From contig BAAIJX010000104.1 of the NCBI GenBank assembly GCA_054600435.1, positions 1-36,594 on the forward strand: a DNA stretch of 36,594 nt, given 5' to 3'. Position 1 is the stretch's first letter; the number at the start of each line of letters is the position of its first letter. The stretch comes from Neophaeotheca triangularis. Its lineage: Eukaryota. The notes under the pieces are model-generated. The model was given only the letters and a program-made list of their open reading frames with translations. It searched no databases and was not told the origin of the DNA. A program made the position numbers and the translations under genes. Shown in pieces: positions 23,000-32,329 of the stretch.

Positions 23000-23166
23000 G
23001 TCGTTCTCGGGCTCATTGGGCCGAGAACGACTGTCGGAACTCCGCCCATCGGCTAAACCCGACATGCCTTCCGAAAGCGGACGCTCCGACAGCCTGTATC
23101 CAGATACCAGATAGCCGCCGGCGTAGTGTGGTGCAACCTATTATCACATTGGTCCTGACCTTATCA
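23000..23166. promoter_or_regulatory. Divergent MFS/PuuE-like promoter with several inverted CGG sites and GATA sites
   Basis: 11-bp inverted repeat at 23000-23031; GTCGGAACTCCG at 23033-23044; TCGG-N6-CCGA at 23049-23062; CGGACGCTCCGAC at 23078-23090. GATA sites at 23109, 23141(-) and 23161(-). Confidence 0.6.
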
Positions 23167-23364
23167 AGCCGCTCTACAATCAGCAGTCTTGAGCTCCACA
23201 TCCCACTTTGCGTGCGCTAGTCGACTGTGGTTGTAAGAGCATCATTCCCACTGTATACGGAAGATGTTATTTAGAGCTCTCGCAAGGTAGGAAAAGATGC
23301 GCCTTCGCTATCAAACCCGTTGTCATTTCTTCTCGTCCTCTCCGAGCACCTTGACCCGGCAAAA

Positions 23365-24497
23365 ATGGTGGTGATTGAAGAAAAATACCAAATCCCTCGA
23401 GACTTCGAAGGCAAGCCGCAGTCCTCCAATGGCGGACGACTTATTACCATCGACTGACCCAGTTTCACTTCTAGGGTTCGGTGAAGAAGGATTCGACCCG
23501 CAATGGCCCAATGGTGCGCGGATTGCCGTCTCCTTCATTCTCAACTACGAGGAAGGCGGTGAACGAAGTATCCTGGACGGCGATGCCCACAGCGAACCTT
23601 ACCTATGGGAGAAAGGCGCCTCAGGAGGCTACAAGGACGGCGCACGATATCTTAATGCCGAGCAAGACTTTGAATACGGCAGCCGCAGCGCTGCGTGGCG
23701 GTTCATTCGGCTATTCAAGGAGTTTGGGTGGAGATTTACGACGTACGCCGTGGCAGTGGCATTGAAGAAGAACCCCAATTTTGCCCAAGCTTTGGTTAGG
23801 GATGGGCATGAGATCGCGGCCCACGGTCTCCGGTGGTTGGATGTCTGGGAGTATGAGCTTGAGGAGGATAAAAAGTATATCAAGGACACTTTGACGATGC
23901 TTGAGCAAGTAACCGGTGTGATGCCAAAAGGAGCATACTTTGGCCGGGGTACACCGCAAACGCATGCTTTATTGCCCGAGTGCTGGCGAGAGATGGGATC
24001 GGAGCTTTCGTGGAGCTCGGAGTGCTACAACGACGATGTCCCGTATTGGCTGGACTTGCCCTGGGAGAAAAAGCTGCCTTTGGAGGATCGCAAAGGAATG
24101 CTGTTGATCCCTTACAACGTGAGTCCAGCGCCCATCTTTCTCATCGGTACCCAAATGCTCGTTTAGCGGAATGCTGATCTCAAAACCTTCACAGTACGAT
24201 TGCAACGACGGTAAATTCCACATGGCACCAGGCTTCGGCTCCTCGGTCGCTGAATCCTACACCAACTATCTCAAAAACACCTTCGACATGCTCTATCGAG
24301 AAGGTGGCAAGATGATGAACATACCTCTGCATACCCGCATCACAGGCAAACCTGGAAGGTGTGAGGCTTTGAGAAATTTCATGAAGTACATTTCCGAGAA
24401 GGAAGGAGTGTGGGTCTGCACGCGGCAAGACATTGCTGAGCATATGCGACACAAATTTCCGTACAAGCCAGAAGGTGGGTGGATGGAGGCTTCGTGA
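23365..24497 (+). CDS. PuuE-like metal-independent allantoinase / cyclic-amide hydrolase (polysaccharide deacetylase, CE4 fold)
   Basis: Exons 23365-23410 (GC donor), 23475-24118 and 24195-24497. Motifs PRDFEGFG..PQWPNGARIAVSFILNYEEGGE, FEYGSRSAAWR, HEIAAHGLRW, YNDDVPYW, IPYNYDCND, YLKNTFDMLYREG and PLHTRITGKPGR. Confidence 0.87.
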
Positions 24498-25391
24498 GAC
24501 TTGTCCAGTTATTCCCCAAAGCTTTCATTTCAATCGTCTTTTCAAGAGTATCCGTGAATTCAGCTTGACCCTTCCCCTGAGTCCCTAATCAGATGCCTCT
24601 TAAGTGCTTGGCGGTCTCTCAGCATGCGAAGCAGCTGCATATAGAGCGAGCCCGGTGCCAAAGTACAGTTACGCTTAGCTGTCGTAAATATAGAAGCACA
24701 ATTCATAACAGACTCTTGTGTCTATTCGTTGACCTTATGCTCCCACCGGTCGTGTGTCTAGCTGTCCAATTACTCTTTGCATCGCGTAAAATTCGTAAGT
24801 CATTTGGGCGCTCTTTGCCCTGCAGAGTTTCATACCGCTAGGGTTATGGAATTAGGAATGTAGTTTGCTGCAAAACAACTCGAAGTTATAGAGAAAGCTG
24901 CGCAGATGGAAAAAGTTGTTGAGGTACTACAAGGTAAGGTAGATAGAGATAGGAGGTAGACACGACTGAATGCGGGGATATATGCTCGCGCCGTAAACGT
25001 AGCAGTGGCCGTTCGCCGTCGGATGAACCCGTAGACTATATAGGTACGTTGTCGTCCCATATACCGGGCTGTTAACAATGTGTTTTAGTACCTATCTAAG
25101 GAGGCATCATTCAAGATGACAATGAGTTTAAATCTACCAAGTAGAATCATCTTTGCTACGACGCGAGTGAAAGCATCAAATGCACCTTCTAAGGACCCCT
25201 CTACACGCACGCGCATATGCAGACAGACGTCAGCAGCAACGGACCGAAGTGCGGTGAGACGACTGCTCTGACTTTTATCAAGCCAAAGCCAATAGAAGCA
25301 ACATAGCCATCCTTACAGCAGGCAGAACCTAGAAGTCTCTTACGTCCCATTGATTCTTGATCATATCCGAAGAGGGCGCAAATTTATCATC

Positions 25392-27290
25392 ATGTTCGGC
25401 GACTTCGCTGGGTTGGTCTCGCTAGCGAGCAGACTCTTCACTTTCGCTCTGCTCGCTGTATGTCTGCTTCTGCCATTATGGCGGTAGATTCTGGCTAATC
25501 TTGAAACCAGTGCATCGCTGCCATTATCCTCAAAGGCCTTTGGAACATCTCGCCTTTCAACCCTCTGTACAAGTATCCGGGCCCGTTACTGTGGCGCCTC
25601 TCTCGGCTACCAGCCTCCTACCACCACGCTACTGGAGATTTGTACATATGTATTTCTGCCATACATGAGAGATATGGTCCGACTGTGCGCGTCGCGCCGT
25701 AAGTTTTACCGAGTCGAAACGGGACCATTATGTTAAGTACTGACATGCCCGTTCGGCCTCTTCAGCGACGAGCTTTCCTTCACCGCACCAGAAGCATGGG
25801 CGCATATATACAATTCTCGCCCTCAACTGGAAAAATCAGCATACCACTTCCCCGGCGATGACCCTGATGGATTACCAGAGGGCATGGTCACGGCTCCTGA
25901 CGCCGAGCATATGCGTATCCGGCGCTTGGCCAGCCCGGCATTCCTCAACTCTGGAGTACTGGAGGTTGAGCCCATCTTGCAGCACTATTCAAACACACTG
26001 TGCTCGCAGCTAACTGCTGCCAGCGAAGAGGGGTCTCAGGACATGGTAGAATGGTCTCTCTGGACGCTCAATGATGTTATTGGTCATTTGGCCCTTGACC
26101 TACGCTTTGAATGTCTAGCGAAGCGGCGAATGCACCCGTGGCCCTCGTTTCTACTGGGAGCGCTGCGCCAGACAGCTGCGGTCAATCAATTTCGCCGATT
26201 CGGGTTTCCCCCAAGAATGCTGTATTCAGTAATGCCGCAGAGGATCCTTGACGCTAAGAGTGATTTTGTCAACTCAGCCAAGCTGGCGATTGATCAACGG
26301 TTGGAGCGGGAGAACTTGGGAAAGGGACAGAACGAGAAGAACCCCGACATCATGGGACTGATGCTGCGGGAGATGAAAGGCGGAGAGAGATTGAGCAGGC
26401 CTGATATCGCCTCCAACATGTCTCTGATTGTAGGTGCAGGGGCAGAGACGACGAGTATGTTATGATTTTGCCATTTTGGAAACGAAGCAACGACGTTGTG
26501 GCCAGACAATGGCTGTTTACTGGCCCCCTGATCACTATACATGTCGAGATCGATGGACGAGGAAGGCTGACACTCTCCTGATCTAGGCACCTGCATCAGC
26601 GCGACAATTTACCATCTCTGTAAAACGCCACGCGTGATGGAGAGGCTCAAAACTGAAATCCGCCGTTCTTTTGTCAAGAGCGAAGACATAACCGTTCGCG
26701 CAACCGCGGCGATGGCCTATCTCAAAGCCACCGTCGACGAATCGCTGCGCATCTTTCCCGTTGCGAGTTTCATCACACCGCGCAAGACACCTCCGGAAGG
26801 GCATGTGATCGATGGAGAGTTGGTGCCGGGTAACGTGAGTTGTACTCCCTGCTGCTCGCCTACGGCGCAAGACGAGGCCTCAGTCGGACTAGTGCTAAAC
26901 TGTCTCTTAGACCTATGTCTCCATGGGCCAGTGGCACATGGGTCGTTCCTCTGACTTTTTTGACTCGCCGGAGGACTTCAGACCGGAGCGATGGCTGGAT
27001 AAGGAAGGCCGCGAAGGTGTGCGGTCTGCCGCCGACGACATCCTTCGACCTTTCAGTCTGGGGCCCCGCAACTGCCTGGGGAAGCTGCTAGCATTGGCCG
27101 AGGCGCGACTCGTGATTGCAAAGCTTCTGTGGCACTTTGATATGCAACTCGACGGTCCGCATAACACATGGGTGGAGGATGCGAGGTTCTATGTGAGAAT
27201 GCCCTTCTTCAGTTGCTAATCCTGTGGACGAAATTGCTAACAGCATCCCCGGTGCAGATCCTGTGGCAGCTGCAACCTTTGAAAGTCTAA
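25392..27290 (+). CDS. Cytochrome P450, CYP65-like; C-terminus possibly truncated by a nonsense change
   Basis: Exons 25392-25457, 25511-25698, 25766-26454, 26587-26834, 26911-27192 and 27258-27290. N-terminal anchor, YPGP, YGPTVRVAPDELSF, I-helix AGAETTS, ESLR, FRPERW and heme motif FSLGPRNCLG. Confidence 0.88.
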
Positions 27291-27896
27291 CTGACACCGA
27301 TTCGGGGGCAGTAGCCACTTGAGGAAGATGCCCGGCGTAGTGTTGTCGATCGCGCAGCACCGAGGCGGCTGTTCACAACGCACATGACAAGATTGCTACG
27401 GTGGTGCCAACAGTGTTCAATACCACCGGGCGCCGAGCGCTAAGACAGAACGAGGTACTGATGTACATTTAAGTTTTGAGCCACTAGCTAAGACAACCAA
27501 ATCTTGCCGATCCCCCACACGTGCGTTACAGACTGCCGGTTTTTCCAATTAACTTCTTCACATTTTCCTCATTGGGAAAAGAAGCCGCCGCCATGTGACC
27601 GTGTGATGGAACACTTCGCATTCTTTGGACGTCCGGCACGCACCAAGCGCCTTGGGACGTCAGCTAACGGCTTGGTGGAATGCCACTCCGAGGTCTTGCC
27701 AGCACAACGGCTTTCTAGATTCCAACGGCGGGCTGACAGCAGCGAGACTGCGGGAAGGGAGGATAAGTTAATAAACAATCACATTTCCCTCGACATGTTG
27801 CGCCTTCGTCTCGCCCAACGAACAGCTCCTCGGGAGTTCGGTAGGACAGAACGACGGCATTTCCCTCGCTGACAATCGCCAACTACGCTCGTTAAG

Positions 27897-28653
27897 ATGT
27901 ACTCATCTCTCCTCTCGTTCCTCGCTCTCTTCCTCGCCATTACTACCGCTTCACCACTTCCGACTGAGCCCGAGCGTCGTCAAGCCATCACCTGCAGCAG
28001 AGGCGTTCATATCATTCACGCTCGCGGCTCGACCCAGACCTACGAAGCCTCATCTGTCAACCCCGTGGTCAACCGCATCCTCGCAGGCGTTCCTGGCTCA
28101 ACCGCGGAGCAGGTCCAATTCCCGGCGACAATCATCGCCGACGACTCTTTCTACTCGACGTCCGTCCGCGCGGGCATTGTTGACACGATCGATAAAATCG
28201 AACGCTACGTCGATGCTTGCGGCGACAGCTCCCGTATCGTCTTGCTCGGTTATAGTCAAGGCGGAAACGTCGTTACCAGTGCGCTCGCGGGTGGGCTGGT
28301 GAAGTGGCTTCCTTTGAATCCAAAGTACCGGGGAAATAGTACGTTGGGTGTAACGTTCCATGCACCGCGAAGACAGATTGCTGATATCGTGACCGCCAGT
28401 CCTTGCCGTGGCCTCCTTCGGCGACCCAACGCACACGAAGAAGAAAGACTACACGTTCGGCTCCGCTAGCGGGTCCGGCATTTTCAAGCGCGTGTGGCCG
28501 AGCACGACGCTGCTGAACACTTACAACGTGCGAAGCTACTGTTTAGCAACCGATTTCTTTTGCGACAATGGTTTCAGCTTGCAGGCGCACAGCGCTGAGA
28601 TGGCGACGTACGGGCCTGCCGCGGCGGACTGGATTATTGGGTTAGCTAGATAG
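27897..28653 (+). CDS. Secreted CE5 cutinase / acetylxylan esterase II-like hydrolase
   Basis: Signal peptide MYSSLLSFLALFLAITTASP. Motifs HIIHARGS, LLGYSQG (nucleophile), FGDP, CLATDFFC (Asp) and AHS (His). Intron 28339-28399. Confidence 0.9.
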
Positions 28654-28834
28654 CCCCTGACGATGATCTTTATCATGAACGACTATGTCTCATAGACGAT
28701 TGCATGTCTCACAGAAAGAAAGGTCCGACTCGAGGTCCTCATCGTCGAACACCTCTCTATGACGTCGTTCCTTCCACTGCCGAACAACCTACCTTGGAAC
28801 TCTAATCTACGGCCTAAACATCATCTAGACGTAG

Positions 28835-28842
28835 TATAAATA
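28835..28842 (+). promoter_or_regulatory. TATA box upstream of the SDR gene
   Basis: TATAAATA about 110 nt upstream of ATG 28945. Confidence 0.45.
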
Positions 28843-28944
28843 GTCTCATCGTACCATTACAAGCAGCGAAGAAACTAACCCTCCTTTCGTCAACAAAGAC
28901 TACCAGCTACAGTTCTTGCCAATACAAAAGACTCACCTGCAAAA

Positions 28945-29799
28945 ATGGCGCCTCAAGTCTTCTTCATTACCGGCACCTCAACTGGTTTTGGTTATCATTA
29001 CGTCGAAAGGTGCCTCAAAGAAGGCGACAAGGTCGTCGCGACCGCTCGGAACTCTTCCAAGCTCGACTTCACAGACGCCAACAAAGACAACTTTCTAGCC
29101 CTCGACTGCGATGTCACGAAGCAAGACTCAATCACAGTCGCTTTCGACAAAGCTCTCGCCCAATTCGGCCGCATCGATGTCGTCGTCAACAACGCCGGCT
29201 ACGGTCTCTCGGGCGAGTTCGAGAGCTTGAGTGACGCTCAAATCCGTACACAGATGGAAGTCAACTTCTTCGGTCTGCTGAACGTCACCCGCAAAGCGCT
29301 CGAGACCATGCGCGAGAAGAACTCGCCGCCTGGCGGCCGCATCCAGCAAATCACGTCTATCGGCGGCCAGCGCGGCGTGCCCACGTTTTCCGTCTACTGC
29401 GCCAGCAAGTGGGCGGTTGAAGGCTTCACCGAAGCGGTCGCTCAGGAGCTCAAACCGGAGTGGAACATTCAGCTCACGTGCATCGAGCCTGGCGGCTTTA
29501 GGACCGACTGGGCTGGCCGCTCAATGGATTTCGGCGAGGAGAAGAACCCCGCTTACGACCACATCGATGCGAAGAAGCAGATGGGTGAAAGGAATGGAAC
29601 GCAGGCGGGCGATCCGAAGAAGGGCGCGGATGCGATGTGGCAGGTAGCGAAGATGCAGGACCCGCCTTTGAGGCTGGTCATTGGGAGTGATGCTTACAAG
29701 GGCATAATGGATAAGATCAAGAAGTATGGGGAGCTGTACCCGAAGTACGAGAAGTTGGCGAACAGCTGTGACGTGGATGGGTACCAGCGTCCTCAGTAG
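28945..29799 (+). CDS. Classical short-chain dehydrogenase/reductase
   Basis: Motifs TGTSTGFG, NNAG, catalytic Ser and YCASK, IEPGGFRT and GDPKK. Confidence 0.93.
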   Translation: MAPQVFFITGTSTGFGYHYVERCLKEGDKVVATARNSSKLDFTDANKDNFLALDCDVTKQDSITVAFDKALAQFGRIDVVVNNAGYGLSGEFESLSDAQIRTQMEVNFFGLLNVTRKALETMREKNSPPGGRIQQITSIGGQRGVPTFSVYCASKWAVEGFTEAVAQELKPEWNIQLTCIEPGGFRTDWAGRSMDFGEEKNPAYDHIDAKKQMGERNGTQAGDPKKGADAMWQVAKMQDPPLRLVIGSDAYKGIMDKIKKYGELYPKYEKLANSCDVDGYQRPQ

Positions 29800-30221
29800 G
29801 GCTCCGGGTGAAGTGAACTGTGATAGGTACCACGCGTAGACGAGAAAGGAGGGAATCAGATGCGTTGCCAAGTCTGCGCGGCAAATGCCCAGCATAGCTT
29901 GAAGACATTCCAATGACTTGTATATAGCATTTACCCAGCCACGAGATAATCACTTACCTACTGTTTTCTGCTGCCTACAGACTCCCCCGTAACACGCCCT
30001 CATCATCCAGGGTTCCGTTGATTTTCACAGTCTCCAACATTTCGACATCGGCCTCCAATGCGCACTGATCTGATGGAAGATGAACATTCCATGGCATTCC
30101 TAAAAGAGTTCCGGGAGCAGGCGACTGAACGCATTGAGTTTCTGCTTTCGGTCACCAGGGTTCAGTCCACAGAGATCGAAGACTCAAGGGTCAAGCGGTC
30201 GTCGCTCCATGCGGCTGCCTT

Positions 30222-31127
30222 CTATGAAGAAGCCGCTGCCTTCGAGGGGTACTTTTGCGTGCCAATAGGCGTACGCTTGACCGGTGCTTTGCGCTGACCT
30301 GTGGACGGCGCAGTTTTCGATGCTGGCTTCGAATCACCTGAGCTCGCCGCTGCCGCTGGCCTTTTAGGGACTGGCGCTTTGTTTGACGGCGCCGGCTTCG
30401 ACACCGCGGCTTTCGCATCCGGTGCTTTTGCTGGGGCTTTCGCGGGTGTCTTTGCTGGTGCCTTCGCTGGCGCTTTGCTCGAAGGCTCTGGCTTCGACTG
30501 TGCCGCAGTCGCATTAGGTGCCTTCGCGGGTGCCTTCGCAGTTGACGATGCCTTGGCCGGGGGTGCCTTTGAGGCTGGAGCAGCTTTGGATGCTCCTCCC
30601 GCAGCGCCCTGACTCGCTGTTGGTGTCTTTCGCGTAAGCTTCGCAGGGGCTTTTTTCGCAGGTGGTTGCTTCGGTTCCGACTCCGCTGAGCCTCCGTTGG
30701 TCGCTGTCTTTGCCGTCGATGCGGCCTTCGCGGCAGGTGCATTGGCAGATCCAGCTGCCTCCGACGCAGATGCTTTCGCAGACCCAGCCGCTTCTTCCGC
30801 CTTTTTCTTCGCCGGCATCGGCTTGCCCGTGGTTTTGTTCATGGTCGAGTCCACCATGTCGCTGTATCCTTGCGCCTTCTGCTCTAGGCCCTCCCCGGTG
30901 TCCGTGACCGTCTTGCCATACTGCCGTGCGTAGTCACCCGCTGTCTGTCCTGCGTTGTCGAGGTTCCCAGTAACGTATTCGCCTGCGTCGTTCACGTATC
31001 CGTATGCTTGGTCGCGGTAGCCTGTTGCCGCGTTCGTTGCCGAGGAGGCATAGTCGTTCACCGTATCTTGCGCCGAAGTGACGTAGCCAGAGGCAGTGTC
31101 TTTTACGGAAGAGAGCATTCCTGACAT
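30222..31127 (-). CDS. Low-complexity protein: LEA/hydrophilin-like N-half plus Ala/Lys/Pro (AKAP) repeat C-half
   Basis: Uninterrupted 301-aa ORF from ATG 31127 (ATCATGT). Strong compositional bipartition; no Trp, Cys or Phe. Confidence 0.7.
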   Translation of the reverse strand: MSGMLSSVKDTASGYVTSAQDTVNDYASSATNAATGYRDQAYGYVNDAGEYVTGNLDNAGQTAGDYARQYGKTVTDTGEGLEQKAQGYSDMVDSTMNKTTGKPMPAKKKAEEAAGSAKASASEAAGSANAPAAKAASTAKTATNGGSAESEPKQPPAKKAPAKLTRKTPTASQGAAGGASKAAPASKAPPAKASSTAKAPAKAPNATAAQSKPEPSSKAPAKAPAKTPAKAPAKAPDAKAAVSKPAPSNKAPVPKRPAAAASSGDSKPASKTAPSTGQRKAPVKRTPIGTQKYPSKAAASS

Positions 31128-31422
31128 GATGGCAGTGTCTACTAGATTCGTATATCCGAGCAAGAGGTACGTGAAGGGGAGTAATAGCTAAAAAGAAGAG
31201 TTGGCACAGCGCGACGATACGACGCGACGGTTATGTCATAGTAGGAACCGGGCGTTCTTAGAAGCCGATACCTGCCTACGTTCTAGACTCGGTCTAAGTC
31301 GCTCGTAAAACTTCACTCGAGTCAGATACATTTTTGTATAGGTTAAGTGGATAGACTTTTATACCCATACCGGTCGTAAGTACTTTCCTCCTATTTACCT
31401 AGGTAGTTGCTGTCGTAGAAAT

Positions 31423-32100
31423 CTATCTCAGGCGCGGTAGTAATCATGGATTCTTTAATAAACGCTCCATGTCCCTAGCGCAAATATGATTAGAGACATC
31501 CAGTCCGCTATCGGTCCACGATGACCGAGACCTAGACGAAAATTCTCTAGAAGATGGGGGCGCTTCTTTGATGAGAATGATGCCGTCGAGGCTCGGCACG
31601 ACGCCGTCCGCGTACCGTACACATGAGCCAAAACCGAAGTCGACATCGCAAATGCCAGCGCGCGCCCAGGTCGTCACTAGGATATGCCGCCGACCGAGGG
31701 AGGAATGCTTGCCATATTCGATGAGGCGATTTCTCGTACGTAGCGCTATGAAGATGATCCATGAGATTTGTCGGGTCGATGGCTTTGAAGATCGTATGTG
31801 GAATCTTTTGCGCGATGGAAGCCATCGCCACCCTATCGTCACCTGATTGTTCGTAGCCAACTTCAGAGTCCGGCAGCTCGACGTTCATGATGATAATCGT
31901 AGAACCCATGAAGTCCTCACCCAGCTTGGGAGCAGACCGAACGCCAAGCACGAGATCACAATTAACAGGACCGTTGTCCTTCCCGAGTTGACGTGCACGC
32001 ATAATGCATCCATGGATGACTAAACGTGTGCCGACACGGCATCATGCCCGCTGATTCTTGGACCTTCACCGTCAGTACCGTTAGCAGCTTACTCTACAAA
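31423..32100 (-). pseudogene. CoA-dependent acyltransferase (BAHD/Tri101-like transferase family) pseudogene, C-terminal half only
   Basis: Reconstruction RISGHDAVSAHV*SCIMRAR...CDLVLGVR...EKSPHRIWQAFLGRRHILVTTWARAGICDVDFGFG...WTDSGLDV. It has two frameshifting insertions and a TGG>TAG stop; no HXXXD half is seen. Confidence 0.75.
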
Positions 32101-32329
32101 TCTCCCCAAAATGGAGGCAGGTCGAACGATGGAAAAGGAGTGGCTCAAAGCCGATCAAGAGACTCGTTTCGAACCATAATCACAACGACGGAAATGAATG
32201 TTGATGAATCGAGGAAGGAAGTCGCTTGTAGTATTTAATGATGAAACATCCTACGGTACATGTTACACTGCCGCCACTACCTACACTATCACTACCCGAA
32301 TCGCTACCCGCGCAGTCGATAATTTGCGC

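Noticed and set aside
25392..29799. P450, CE5 esterase and SDR as part of the catabolic cluster or a secondary-metabolite cluster
   Set aside because: I did not see the shared CGG-N4-TCCGAC motif or dense GATA clusters upstream of them, and there is no backbone synthase in the window.
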